DNA of 64,000 nucleotides from Felis catus (GCF_018350175.1 NC_058368.1:106022001-106086000); one strand, 5' to 3'; counted from the first letter of the stretch, positions 13,513-27,461 are shown. Translations and numbers: made by a program. The notes: a model not told the origin generated them from the letters alone.

Positions 13513-15912
13513 TCATTAGGTCATTAAGAATGATATGTATTTGAGACTATTAATTTCTTTTCAAGGCTATACCTTTTGTGCCTCTGGCTAGTCACACAGA
13601 CACATTGTTCTGTTCTGCTGGCCTTTTAGAGGAAGGTAGAGCCCAGGACAGTCCCCAGGGTCAGACAAGAATTGGAAGGATGCAGTTTTGTTTGGTTGTG
13701 ACTGAATTTAATGCTATGGAAATTTTTTTTCTTGACTACTTTCAGAAAATTATGTCTCACAGTTGGAAGAGGCTACTCTCTCAAGTTTTCCAAACTTTAA
13801 AACATGTTTTTAAAAAATTCATTTATGAAGTATGTTTGTGGCAATGAATAAGAGCATTCACTAAACCCACATACATTTAACAATCTTCCTGCATCATGAA
13901 CTAATTCCTTGTATGACCCGACCCCTGCTTGGAAATAACTGAATGAACAAGTGCATCTTGCCCCTTATCTATAAAGTTAAACACACACACACACATACAC
14001 ACACATGCACAGAAGTTTTAAAAATGGAATTCTTATCATCATTTCCAAGGTAAAGTAGCCAGGCTCTAACCTGTAGAAATTTGAGTCCAATAAAGAAAAA
14101 AAAAAAAAAACTTCAAGGCCAATAAATAAAAGAAGAATGAGTAAGCTCTAAGGAGTTCCTGAAAATAAAGAGGGTAGGATAGAGATAATCCCCAAAGCAG
14201 GACACTCCTATGTTGGACGAGGAATTTGAACAGGAAAGTCAATAAAGTATATTAGTTTAGTAACTGATTTCAGGAGACAAGTCATTCTGAGCCCCTGTTT
14301 TATGGATGAATGAAATTCTGAAATTTGAGCTAGGTCTTCATGAATTTCAGGGCAGCAACCAGCAAATAAAATCACAGCTGGGACCCTTGCTTTAAAAAAA
14401 AAAAAATGTCTGGATTTTTTTAGTGGGTTAATAATGGTAGCAATTCTTAAGATACAAATATTTTAGAAATGTAAGGTTGGTTTAAATCTTATATGTTTGC
14501 CTAACTGACTCTGGAAACTTAATATATGGTATTCTATTTGAAGGAAAAAAAGAAAAAAATTAAAAGAATGTATAAACTATCCAAGGTAAAACAAAATCTC
14601 TGTCCAAGTTTTTTGGAAAATATAGGTTTTGTTTGAAGAATAAAAGGTTTCAATTATTACACTCTGGCTCTGCCAAGAGAGCAAACACAAGCAGACAGTT
14701 GAATTTATGAGACTGTCAGTGTCGTTTTACCTAAAACAGAATTTCCCTCCCATATCTTTTCTCACCCTCTGAGATATGGGATTAAGATGCTATTCTCACA
14801 TTCTGGGATAAGGGGTTCATAGTTCTCCACTGTTATTTCTCATTCTTTATAGCTCTATTACAATGCTCCATTGAGAATATAATATTACATGTAAAACTAC
14901 AGGAGAAATCGCATCAAAGAATTAATGAACAAAAAGATGTAAGAAAAGAAAACTCTGTGAACCGCAGAATATATTTATAAAGTCTTCATGTCATTTACTT
15001 GAATACTTTATATGATTAGAAATAATACAAGGAGGAGACGTGGTAGAAAGTAATTTTTGTACCACACATGCCAGTCACATGGACTATGCCCACAGCTCTT
15101 GCTAAGTGCAGCCACGGCTAGCCACGTTCTGGCCCTGAGGCCCTTCCCAGGTGACCACGACTGACCGGACCACGGATGGGCACCTGACCCAACAGCTGCC
15201 CATCTGTAGGTGGTGCTTAATAAGTCCATTACTTTGTCAAGCACGAAAGGCACTATCCAGATGGGAACAGTAGTAATCATCTTGACCTATCAGTTGCTTT
15301 TCTCTCAGGAATTGACCTGAGAAAATGAAAAGAATCCACTAGGCAGCAATAGGAATGAAAGTCGATTGATGCAAAAGGAAACAGACTTATTCAGAATAGC
15401 TTTGAAATGATAATGTGGCTGACATACCCAAAGCTGCCTGGAGTCCAGAACACCACTAGATCCAGTATCAGTGATTCCAGGCTTAGATTCCTGCCCGAAT
15501 TCCCTCTTATCGTCACACATATCCTTAGAACAAACCTCCATGGCAGAAGCTAGCCTGAGCAAGTTGTGAATGCTTATAGTCAAAGTAACCTAAATCAAGC
15601 AGAAAGGGAGATGACGACAGACAGCCAACCTTTACACAGCATCGTGGTTATGTAGAACAGTGCTGTAAGCTGGGCTACCAAGGAAGCTTATAATGAGCTT
15701 TGATTCGAGGGATGGAAAATAAGCCAACAAACAGTATGAAGTTCACTATGTGCCAAATACTTGACGTTCACCAAAAACCCTATTGGAGCAGAGCATATTA
15801 GTAGTAGTATACTAGTTAAGAACACACGTTTTGGACGCTCATGTACCTGAATACAAATCCCAGCTGATTCTGCCATTTTGTTGGCTGAGTCACTTTGGCC
15901 AAGTTACTTAAC

Positions 15913-16098
15913 ACAGTGATTCTCAAAGAATCAGCAGACCAGCAGCATCGGCATCTCTTTGAACTCGTTGGACAGGCAAATTCTCAGGTCCTCCTCTTTG
16001 CCCACCGAGTCAGAAACTGGGGGGATGGGAACAGCAATTTTTCTCTTAACACGCCCTTCAGGGGATACTTGTACACATCAAAGTTTGGGAACCGCTAT
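15913..16098. mobile_element. MER5A-like hAT-Charlie MITE inserted in a MIR (~15810-16190)
   Basis: Termini cagtgattctcaaag ... aagtttgggaaccgct; internal gcaaattctcagg; MIR motifs on both sides. Confidence 0.75.
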
Positions 16099-16410
16099 GT
16101 AACCTTTGTCTAAGGATCCTGGTTATGTGGTATTATAAAGACTAAATGTTATATAATGATGAGGTCTGGAAATGGGATATTATTATTATTATTATTAAAG
16201 CATAGAGAAGGTTGTACCTGAGTTGAGTTTAGAGGGTGGGTAGGATTAGATAAATATGGAAGAGGAGGAGATACTTCCAGGAGGTGGAAATGTGTACAGG
16301 GTTCTCACTGGTCAGTGAGATTTTATTACAAATTGGAGTCAGGTAGATTCTGGGCAGTGTTTGCAAGTGGACAGATCTGCGTTCAAATTGCAACCCTGCC
16401 AGTAGATGCT

Positions 16411-16602
16411 AACAGAGAGGGAGGGAGGCAAACCACAAGAGACTATTAAATGCAGAAAACAAGCTAAGGTTGTTTGGGGGGGTGGTAGGGGAGAGGGAAA
16501 ATTGGTGATAGGCATTGAGGAGAGCACTTGTTGGGATGAGCCCTGGGTATTGTATGTAAGCCAATTTGACAATGAATTATATTCATAAAAAAAAAAAAAA
16601 AA
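16411..16602 (+). mobile_element. 5'-truncated felid L1 3' UTR fragment
   Basis: ggcattgaggagagcacttgttgggatgagc...gacaatgaa plus polyA. Confidence 0.9.
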
Positions 16603-16880
16603 GAACAAAGTCCAACCCTGCTAATTATGTTCTCTGCGATCTTAGAGGATTTACTTAACTGGCATAAATTTACTTATAACTGGGATAATTCTCCTACAGA
16701 ATTATTTGGAAGATTAAAAGAGATGATATATGTAATGACCATTCAAGAATGCTCAGTATTTACTAAATATTAGCTATTCTTGTTATCATTATTAATATTA
16801 CCTATTCCTTGCTAAATTCTTTCTTATATCTTCTGTATTCTGTTTGTTTTGTTATTTTTGTTTTTAAAGGGTTAATTTCT

Positions 16881-16993
16881 GGGCATTGAGGAGGGTATCT
16901 GTTGGGATGAGCACTTGGGTGTTGTATGGAAACCAATTTGACAATAAATTTCATATTCATAAATAAATAAATAAATTAATAAATAAATAAATA
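16881..16993 (+). mobile_element. Very short felid L1 3' end
   Basis: L1 terminus, (TAAA)n tail, TSD ggttaatttct. Confidence 0.9.
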
Positions 16994-17129
16994 AAATGGT
17001 TAATTTCTCCCCATCCTTCAGGGCTTTGCTTAAATGTTTTCTCCTTAGTGGAACTTCCATGATTAAATATGGTAAATAGTAAGCTCCTTCCCCATTCTCT
17101 ATCTTCAATCCAGCTTGTTCTTTCCTTCT

Positions 17130-17445
17130 TTCTTTTCTCCTTCCTTCCTTCCTTCCTTCCTTCCTTCCTTCCTTCCTTCCTTCATATTTTTTTAAGTATA
17201 GTTTACACACACTGTTACACTGGTTTCAGGTGTACAGTATAATCATTCAGCAAGTCTATATGCTATGCTGGGCTTACCACAAGCATAGCTACTGTCTGTC
17301 ACCACACAACGCTATTACAATATCAGTGACTATAATACCTATGCAGTATCTTTTATTCCTGTGATTTATTCATTCAGTAACTAGAAGCTTTTATGTATCA
17401 CTCCCCTTCACCTATTTTGCTCATTTTCCCACAGCCCTCTCCTCT
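17130..17445 (-). mobile_element. L1MA/L1_Carn-like 3' end with (TTCC)n tail-derived microsatellite
   Basis: aagtatagtttacaca...gtttcaggtgtacagtataat antisense L1 3' motif. Confidence 0.75.
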
Positions 17446-18226
17446 TTATTTATTTCAAGTATTCTCTGTAATTAGCAAGCAAGGGCCTTTGATGGTGGTA
17501 TTAACTGTTAGAACAGTGCCTTGTATATGGTAGAACTCAATAAATACTTCTGTAATAGATGGGTGAATTATTGATACAAATGTCCATGAGGAGTTATATC
17601 TATCTACCTATGGGATTTTTTTTTTTACCTATGGGTTTTTTGAGCAAATATTCAACTTGCATCAAGCTACATTCTCCAAAAACATCTCAGTTGTACCTGG
17701 GACCAAAGACAGATGATGAAAGGGACCACCTAGAAGGAAGAAAAATGGAAAAAATGCCCTTTTTCTCCCTTTGGGATGACTCGGTAACTGTGATCAAAAC
17801 AAAGCCATCCAGATACATATTTACTGAAAGTGATGGCCTACATATTTAATTCTTACACATCTCTCTGCATCTCCTTTCCCATTCAGCTTATTCCTCAAAC
17901 ACACGTTCATAGGTTTTCCTGGAAAGGTGTTTCTTTCTTTTAGCAAGCAGCAATGTTTTAAATTTTGTTAACTCTTATTGAAATTTCTGAAAGTACAAAA
18001 TCTACAAATACTCAGGAAAGGCCTTTTTGAAAAGCCTATATTTAGGGGAGATATTTATATCCTACTGTGGCTGAGAATACTTCTTCTATTCTTATAATTC
18101 CATTTCTTACAGAATTTTGCAAGATTATTTTAACAAATGCAGACCACTAGTACATTAATACATGTCACAGAATCATGGTTAAAATGAAAGTACATGTTTA
18201 ATTTCTTAAAAGACATACACTTTTTA

Positions 18227-18451
18227 TTTTTTTTTTAAATTTTTTTTTCAACTTTTATTTATTTTTGGGACAGAGAGAGACAGAGCATGAACGGGGGAGG
18301 GGCAGAGAGAGAGGGAGACACAGAATCGGAAACAGTCTCCAGGCTCTGAGCCATCAGCCCAGAGCCCGACGCGGGGCTCGAACTCCCGGACCGCGAGATC
18401 GTGACCTGGCTGAAGTCGGACGCTTAACCGACTGCGCCACCCAGGCGCCCC
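18227..18451 (-). mobile_element. Young SINEC_Fc-type SINE
   Basis: CpG-rich intact body; TSD aagacatacacttttta. Confidence 0.97.
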
Positions 18452-19988
18452 AAGACATACACTTTTTAAAAGTTTAAGTGAAGTATGAAAAAATCTATGT
18501 GGGGAGATCTTTTTGTTTCTTAGTGAATTGTTTACAGAAACCGACCTTTCTCCAGTATATAAACAAAGATGCTGCTTCAGCTCTGTGATGCTCAGCGTCT
18601 TCCATGGGTAGGATATTTGAGGTGGGCAGGTGCAACTGACATATTCCAAGTCTCATGTTCGAGGCATGTCACTCAAATCTCAGAAACTCAAGGCAACACA
18701 GCAAGAGGTAGGAGAGGGACCTAGTAATGCGACCTCCCACCTGGAGGACAGACACTGGAGACACTGGGGGTGGGGGTTGCTTAGATATTTTCTGGAACTT
18801 GTTCTGTCCCTGGAGAGAAGTGGGGCCAATTCTATGCAAAGACCTTATTTCACAAACTGGGTCACATTTATAAGTATTGAGAGTTAGAACTTGGACCTAT
18901 CTTTTTTGAAGGTCACTATTCAACTCATTACACCCACATTCCTCTGATTTTAACTTTTTTTTCAACCATGATATAATTATCTCTTGAAAATTAACCTGGG
19001 TCCTATACTATAAGCTACAGATTTGTTTAGCAGATTTGTTTAGTTTTTCCACTTTGCAAGAAAGCATTGACTCCCCAGGCATGAGCTGCTCAAAACTTGC
19101 ACATTCCAAAGAAAGGCCTATCTTGAGGATTGGCCCTCAACTAGCTTCTAGAATTTAATCTCTGACATTATGTTGATAGGTCTTTTTACTAGTAACGGTC
19201 AATCTCAATTACCTGGATCAGGTGCCATTTCCTAGATTTTTCCACTATAAAGGTTTTGTTTGTTTTATTTTATTTTGTTTTTGCTTTGTAATTAATAGTA
19301 ATTGCTAGGGGAGGGGCATAGAGGGACACAATACCTAGACACTGTGCAAAAGCATCTGATTTCAAAAATTGACAAGTAATGCACATCTACAAAAAAACAC
19401 AATGTAAGCCTCGTAGCAAGTGTTTCCACGATTAATTGAGTTCAGGATCAACCTCTGGACAAAAGCAAAAATGGAGGGAAACTGGGCTACCTGGTGGAGT
19501 AAAGCTTGAGATAGGAGCAAAGGACATAGAGGAAACAAACTGATACACAGCACACAGTGTTGTGTCACCCAAACACTATCTAGGGAAGAGTCTGAGACTA
19601 TTCTGTAAGATTTGCTTGGGGCAAAGGCAGCCAGGCCCTCGGGTGATGCGGGTGTATCTTACTGCCTTAAGATTTGGTGTAGGAGCTGGTGTGACATAGG
19701 AGCACCTCAGTGGCTCTGCAAGAAAAGCTCCTAACATTGCTTTTCCATGTTGGAAACCACCTGTGCACTCATTGGACTCCAAAGCACCCTTTGGGCTATT
19801 ATTCCTCTTCACTAATATTGAGCCTGTGATGTCCTGAGTCATACAACACGCTGTTCCCAGCACCACTCTAACATGGCTTGGTATCTCATGACTTCTAGGA
19901 GTGGCTAGTCGGAGGGCAAAAGGAGGTCAACAGAATGATTTTAGATTTTGGCATAATTGCAGAGGAAGATTTTAGAAATGAATGACCA

Positions 19989-20201
19989 GGGGCGCCTGGG
20001 TGGCGCAGTCGGTTAAGCGTCCGACTTCAGCCAGGTCACGATCTCGCGGTCTGTGAGTTCGAGCCCCGCGTCAGGCTCTGGGCTGATGGCTCAGAGCCTG
20101 GAGCCTGTTTCAGATTCTGTGTCTCCCTCTCTCTCTGCCCCTCCCCCGTTCATGCTCTGTCTCTCTCTGTCCCAAAAATAAATAAACGTTGAAAAAAAAA
20201 A
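19989..20201 (+). mobile_element. Young SINEC_Fc-type SINE
   Basis: ggggcgcctgggtggcgcagtcgg head; TSD agaaatgaatgacca. Confidence 0.97.
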
Positions 20202-20612
20202 TTTAGAAATGAATGACCAAACATGAGCTTTTGATTTTGTTTATTTGTGATGGGCTCCCTTCCCTATTATTAAGAATAATGAAGCATAAATCCTCAAGTA
20301 AATACTTTTTCTGTTAATGTAACAGGTATTTTCTTTAGGTGATAAAGAAAAAAGAAAACATTTTGGTAAATCATTCAAGATTCAAATGATGGACTCCACA
20401 ATGACTATTTCAGATTTGTTTCTTTGTAATTTTTCTTAAAATCTCAGGAAATTTTATCCAGCAATCAATCACAAATCAAAATCTCTATTTTCAAGCATGA
20501 ACCATGTCTTTCATATCTTACTGGTTTTTAAATAATAGCGATCTCAGCTTTTTCAGCAGGGGAATCCACATGTCATAGATAAACGGAAAGAAGAAGAAAG
20601 TTAGAACTTTTT

Positions 20613-20831
20613 TTTTTTAATTTTTTTTCAACGTTTATTTATTTTTGGGACAGAGAGAGACAGAGCATGAACGGGGGAGGGGAAGAGAGAGAGGGAGACA
20701 CAGAATTGGAAACGGGCTCCAGGCTCTGAGCCATCAGCCCAGAGCCCGAGGCGGAGCTCGAACTCCCGGACCGCGAGATCGTGACCTGGCTGAAGTCGGA
20801 CGCTTAACCGACTGTGCCACCCAGGCGCCCC
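20613..20831 (-). mobile_element. Young SINEC_Fc-type SINE
   Basis: TSD aagttagaacttttt. Confidence 0.97.
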
Positions 20832-22277
20832 AAGTTAGAACTTTTTAAAATACAAGTTATTCCTTTCAGGTGGCCTGATAAAGATAGGGTTCGGTGATAG
20901 GAATTGGAAAGATTTTTTTTCCTAGGTTTTTGATAGGACCCACAATTTAAATTCCCACCATGGATCTCAGACATAGTATTTTTAGTGTTGTTATATCCTT
21001 TATTAAGAAAATGATTACAAAATACATGTTCTTAATCTTTCATTTTTTCAACACTAGTTTGGCAAACAAAGATAATAGTGTCATTTTGAATGCAATTTAG
21101 CTATCTGATGAGCACTGAATCAAAATTTGTTTGATCTGATTCCTCTTGTTGGCTCAGCTGATAAGTTAATTTCAAGTGATTGCCATGAAACCAAGCATCA
21201 CAAGCCTTATCCTATTGTTGAAAGGCACGTTCTTGGCAAGAAAAGCCCACATCTGTGAAGTCTATAAGTGTGTCCTCTTTTTTTCCTTCTTTCTTTCTGA
21301 GATCAGTTTTTTTTTCTTTGTATTATACTTAACTACATATCCAGTTGGAATTCAGTCTCTGTAGCCTCAAGTACTTGCATTTTGAGTTCCTTTTTGGCGC
21401 TTACATTCTTTTAGTTACTTTAAATTCCCCAAACAATACCTGTTCTAGTTCATGTCTCAGTGTCAATACAAAACTCCTGCTCAAGAAGAGAGCTTTTTAT
21501 TTTCTATTGAGCAGCCAAATACCCCCCAGTTTTAGCGACTGCGTGTTTGAGTGAGTTGCTTGTATATTTAAAACTTATTTTTTCATAGAATTTCAATGCA
21601 ACCTCTATAAAGTCACTTAATGAGACTGTTTTCATTGATAAAAAGAAGGGAATAGAAGAAAAATAGATCGTTTCTCAGATGGTTTCCAATTCTGAAACTT
21701 TTAAATTGAGAACTTTTAAATACAGTGCATGATTCAAGAATTCGTCCCAACTGAATTATCTTTATTCTGGAAGATGTTATCTTTTAGTATTATGCACTTG
21801 ATAGAAATAATTTTTTTTTCAAATAATGATCTCATTGCAGCTACAGAGTTACTGAAACTTGCCCTAAGCAACTCATGTATTACTGACCTTCACAGATTTG
21901 CCATTTTTTGTCTTTTCATCATATTGTAAACTGTCTTATCAGAAAGTGTACATTGTACTTGGAATGCTTTTGGAATTCAAGAAATTTTTAGTAACAATTT
22001 TTAAAATGCAAGTACCTCTTGTGTCACACCATATCTGTCCTCTGTTCAGCCCTACAGAATTATGTTTCAGTTTATGAAATTTGTACATCTCCTTTCACTT
22101 TTAAGTCTCCAAAATAATCTGAAAAACAGCAGAATCACCACAAAACAGGACTTAAAAAAAAGGAATAAAAGCCCTTTAGGTTTCTTTTTGCAACAAACTA
22201 CACTTTAAAAAAAACTCTGTCATATATTTAGGTGCTTGTTAAGATTTTGATTTTGCATGTTAAGAATAATTAGGGGA

Positions 22278-22503
22278 GGGGCGCCTGGGTGGCGCAGTCG
22301 GTTAAGCGTCCGACTTCAGCCAGGTCACGATCTCGCGGTCTGTGAGTTCGAGCCCCGCGTCGGGCTCTGGGCTGATGGCTCAGAGCCTGGAGCCTATTTC
22401 CGATTCTGTGTCTCCATCTCTCTCTGCCCCTCCCCCGTTCATGCTCTGTCTCTCTCTGTCCCAAAAATAAATAAACGTTGAAAAAAAAAATTAAAAAAAA
22501 AAA
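22278..22503 (+). mobile_element. Young SINEC_Fc-type SINE
   Basis: TSD aagaataattagggga. Confidence 0.97.
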
Positions 22504-23044
22504 AAGAATAATTAGGGGAAAGAAAGAGAAAATGGAGGTGCCCTGGATATCTGAGAGTCTTTGGAGAGAATTCTGTCAACTAAGTTCAAATATCATTGGT
22601 GCGAATCCCTGGGGCCCCACTCACACAGATTTCTCCTTTTAGAAGGTGGACATCTGGTGACTCCAGCTCTTGGCTGGAAGCGGGGACTTTCAACTACAAT
22701 TCCACAGGATTCCTTTATAGGCCCCTTGTGGTCTTACTTCTTTCTTTGCTGGCACTAACCAGGTGATATATGTTCTACAATGATAGTGACAGTCATCTGG
22801 CATGGGGCCTCTGCTTGTCTTCCCCTTTTCTGATGCGCTTTGGAGTGGTCCCTCTTCTCCGACTGTGCAGTTGTCTCACTGAACCATCTCACCTCCAATA
22901 AAGAAAACATTTTGCCTTTGTCTTCTTAATTGATTAACTTCCCCTTAAATGCAACCTTTTTTGTTGTTTTTCTTTTTAAGTTATACATTAAGATTTCTTA
23001 GCATTCTGCCTCTTAAATGAAGCATTTTTTAAAAGTTATGTATC

Positions 23045-23235
23045 GGCCACCTGGGTGGCTCAGTTGGTTAAGTGCCTGGCTTCAGCTCATGTCATGATCT
23101 CATGGTTTGTGTGCTCTAGCCCCATGTCGGGCTCTGTGGTGACAGCTCAGAGCCCAGAGCCTGCTTCAGATTCTGTATCTCCCTCTCTCTGTGTCCCTCT
23201 CCTGCTCTCTTGTTTAAAAATAAGCATTAAAAAAT
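23045..23235 (+). mobile_element. CanSINE
   Basis: SINE body; TSD aaaagttatg(t/a)atc. Confidence 0.93.
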
Positions 23236-24363
23236 AAAAGTTATGAATCAGGATTTCTTACATGGTATGTGGTCAACCATTCTAGGTTCACTGATATTTG
23301 CCAGACTCACCATCAGCATATGGTTTCAGATAGCTTCTAGGGTACTTCAATGTACATATTAACTTACTATAAAGGCTTTTAGATCAGTGATATGGACTAG
23401 CTATTTAAGGTCAGTCAAAATGCAAATGTCATAACTCACCACATTGATCACATTTTGTTTAATTACCTTTTTTTTTAAATGACATTTTTACTAGCAATAC
23501 TACAGGCTCCGTTAGGTCAGATGCTGTTTTGTTCTGGTTTGTCTTCGTTTATTTCAATATTCCCCAATGTCTAGCAAAGTGTCTAGTGTATAATAAGAAT
23601 GCATTGAATTCTCATTGTTGATGAATGTTGGTCAATGCTGATATTCAGATAATATCAAACAATGATGAATATTAATTGAGACTCTTATGCATAACACAAA
23701 TAAGAATGCTGGTTGCTTATTTAAAAAAAAACCTTTAATGGATGACTGAGCTAGAAGAAAATTAAGGGCATCTATAAGGAGGTTTCTCCTCAGATGATAT
23801 GCCTATCTTTTAAAGCCCAGAATCTGAGTTATACGTGAGAAATAGGCACAAGACAAAGCGTAAGATCAAAACAAGACTGGAGGTTAAATAAGAAATTCCT
23901 ACAAAAGCTACATATTTCAAAGGACACCATATTCACCGATTAATTTGCCTGCCTCATAACAAAGAAACCAACCAACCAACCTAGGTCCCCAGAAGCAGAA
24001 AGTAGTGACATACACCTTAGCTCTGCATAGAGCAGAATGAGGGAAATAACTCCCCTGAGAATTCATAACCCCAGTTCTTTTACTCATTTGGGCTGGTCAG
24101 AGTCCATGCTGCCTATGTGATTCTCAAGAAACAAAAGTAAACTAAACAAAACCCAAAACCAAAAAACCATAACTTGAAAACATTATTTAAAGTAATCCTA
24201 GATTGACCATACTCCCAGAAGCAAATACTGACTACTCTTTGGAGAAAATAAATTTCAAAGGCTTCAAAGAATTCTCCCAGATTATAGTTCAAAAGTACAT
24301 TATCTCACCATTTAAAACGTCACTAATTCACTAGAAACAAATTGTTAAGAGTGAGAGTCATGG

Positions 24364-25803
24364 CAGTAGAATAGGATAGAGACCCCAGAATTGGACCCAC
24401 AAATGTATGGCCAACTGATCTTTGACAGAGCAGGAAAGAGTATCCAATGGAAGAAAGACAGTCTCTTTAAAAATGATGCTGGGAGAAGTGGACAGCAACA
24501 TGCAGAAGAATGAAACTAGACCACTTTCTTACACCATTCACAAAAATAAACTCAAAATGGATGAAAGACCTGAATGTGAGACAGGAAACCATCAAAACCC
24601 TAGAGGAGAAAGCAGGAAAAAAACATCTCTGACCTTAGCCACAGCAATTTCTTACTCAGCACATCTCCAAGGCAAGGGAATTAAAAACAAAAATGAACTA
24701 TTGGGACCTAATGAAGATAAAAAGCTTCTGCACTGCAAAGGAAACAAAAAGGCAGCCGACAGAATGAGAAAAGATATTTGCAAATGACATATCAGATAAT
24801 GAAGATAAAAAGCTTCTGCGCTGCAAACAAAACTAAAAGGCAGCCGACAGAATGAGAAAAGATATTTGCCAATGACATATCAGATAAAGGGCTAGTATCT
24901 AAAATCTATAAAGAACTCACCAAACTCCATGCCCAAAAACAAATAATCCAGTGAAGAAATGGGCAGGAGACATGAATAGACACTTCTCCAAAGAAGACAT
25001 CCAGATGGCCAACAGGCACATGAAAAGATGCTGAACGTCACTCCTCATCAGGAAAATACAAATCAAAACCACACTCAGATATCACCTCACTCCAGTCAGA
25101 GTGGCTAAAATGAACAAATCAGGAGACTATAGATGCTAGAGAGGACATGGAGAAATGGAACCCTCTTGCACAGTTGGTGGGAATGCAAACTGGTGCAACC
25201 GCTCTGGAAAATAGTGAGGAGGTTCCTCAAAAAATTGAAACTGATCTACCCTATAACCCAGCAATAGGACTGCTAGGAATTTACCCAAGGGATACAGGAG
25301 TGCTGATGCATAGGGGCACTTGTACCCCAGTGTTGATAGCAGCACTTTCAACAATAGCCAAATTATGTAAAGACCTAAATGTCCATCAACTGACAAATGG
25401 ATAAAGAAGATGTGGTTTATATACACAATGGAATACTACGTGGCAATGAGAAAGAATGAAATCTGGCCATTTGTAGCAATGTGGATGGAACTGGAGGGTA
25501 TTATGCCAAGTGAAATAAGTCAGGCAGAGAAAGACAGGTTCCATATGTTTTCACTCATATGTGGATCCTGAGAAACTTAACAGAAGACCATGGGAGGGGA
25601 AGGGGGAAAAACAAAGAGTTAAAGAGAGGGAGAGAGGCAAACCATAAGAGATTCTTTAAATACTGAGAACAAACCGAAGGTTGATGGGGGGTGGGGGAGA
25701 GGGGAAAGTGGGTCATGGGCATTGAGGAGGGCACCTGTTGGGATGAGCACTAGGTGTTGTATGAAAACCAATTTGACAATAAATTATATTTAATATAAAA
25801 AAA
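24364..25803 (+). mobile_element. 5'-truncated felid L1 (ORF2 C-terminal part plus 3' UTR)
   Basis: ORF2 motifs [24 protein letters not shown]; polyA; TSD aagagtgagagtca(t/c)gg at 24347 and 25804; tt/aaga nick site. Confidence 0.97.
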
Positions 25804-25956
25804 AAGAGTGAGAGTCACGGAAACAGCACAGAATTAGATTTGTAAGAATTAACGCATTAGTGATGTCTACAGGATATAAAGTGTGCTCACTATGTTTAAA
25901 TGAATAAAGGAAGAAATTAAAAATATAATAAAGATAAATATAAATAAATATAAAAT

Positions 25957-26190
25957 GGGGATCTTGGGTGGCTCAGTTGTGTAAGCATCTGACTCTTGGT
26001 TTTAGCTCAGGTCATAATACCGGTTCCTGAGTTCAAGCCCCATATTGGGCTCAGCACTGACAGTGCGGAGCCTGCTTGGGATTCTCTCTCTCTCCTTCTC
26101 TCCCTTCCCCTCCCCACTTGCTCTCTCTCTCTCTCTCTCTCTCCTTTTCTCTCAAAATAAATAAACTTTAAAATAAGTAAAAAAATTTAA
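25957..26190 (+). mobile_element. CanSINE
   Basis: Head, CT tract, A tail. Confidence 0.92.
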
Positions 26191-26909
26191 ATGTAATTAA
26201 GGAACAAAAGAATATAAAATTTAGGTAGTCATATTTTAAAGATGCAACATAAAATTTCTAAAAGTGAAAATGAAATAATTTAAATCAGAAACTCATTGGA
26301 ATGGCTAAACAGCAGTTTTGGCACAGCTAAAGATATATAATTGACAGGAAGATTCACTTGATGAAAGTATCCAGGATATAGGACAGAAAGGGAAACTAAA
26401 GAAATTGTATGAAAGAGTTGCTGAGAGACATGATGGACAAAGCAAGAAAATTTAACATACATGTAATCACAGTTCTTGAAGGAACAATTAGAAAAAATGA
26501 CTGAGAGACCTGTTTCTTTAAAAATAGCTAAAAAAACCTAACAGAATTGATGAAAGCTACCAACCCACAGATTCCAGAAGCCCAACAAGTCTTAAATAAA
26601 AATGATTAAAGCAAGGAAAAATGTATACTTACTGTTGTCAAAATATAGAATACCAAGGACAAAGAGATTTTTTTCTCAAAAATGTTATTTCTTATTTTAT
26701 TATTATTATTTTTCAGCTTGTTAGAAACATCTGTATTACAAGTCTCGTTAAATGTGACAAAGAGGTGGAAAGAAAAGGGAGAAAGGCATCATTTGAGTAA
26801 CACCTAAAAGCAGTCAGTCTGGAGCCCCACAGCTGCTATTTAAATACTGGGTCAGACTCTTTCTAACTGGGTGACATTAGACAAAAGGGTAAACTCTCTA
26901 TGCTTTAAA

Positions 26910-27125
26910 AAAATTTTTTTAGTGTTTTTATTTATTTTTGAGACAGAGAGAGACACAATATGAGCAGGGGAGGGGCAGAGAGAAGGGGAAACACAGAATC
27001 TGAAGCAGGCTCCAGGCTCTGAGGTGTCAGCACAGAGCCTGACGCGGAGCTCAAACTCACGGAGTGTGAGATCATGACCTGAGCTGAAATCGGGCGCTTA
27101 ACCGACTGAACCACCCAGGCACCCC
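26910..27125 (-). mobile_element. CanSINE inserted in a MIR (~26810-27280)
   Basis: TSD ctctct(a/g)tgctttaaa; MIR motifs flank it. Confidence 0.93.
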
Positions 27126-27337
27126 TCTCTGTGCTTTAAATAGCTAATTTGTAAAATAGGAATCACAATTTTAATACCTACCTTATCCTCATTTGGTTGT
27201 TATAAGTTTAAATAAGTTAATACTTGTTAAGTGCTTAGAGCAGGATTCAGCATGTGGCAAATGTTAGATGAATGTTGTTTAAGTGATAAGTGAAATTTAA
27301 AATTTAAAAATACAACACAATAACAATAAGGTGACTT

Positions 27338-27461
27338 TTTTTAATTTTTTTTAATATATGAAATTTATTGTCAAATTGGTTTCCATACAACACCCAGTGC
27401 TCATCCCAAAAGGTGCCCTCCTCAATACCCATCACCCACCCTCTCCTCCCTCCCACCCCCC
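27338..27461 (-). mobile_element. Short felid L1 3' end
   Basis: L1 terminus; TSD aaggtgactt. Confidence 0.92.

Noticed and set aside
18265..18477. Recurrent ORF MGQRETEHERGRGRERGRHRIG... (also at 20645, 22270, 53138, 63198) resembling a gene family
   Set aside because: It is the antisense translation of young SINEs, each with its own TSD and tail.
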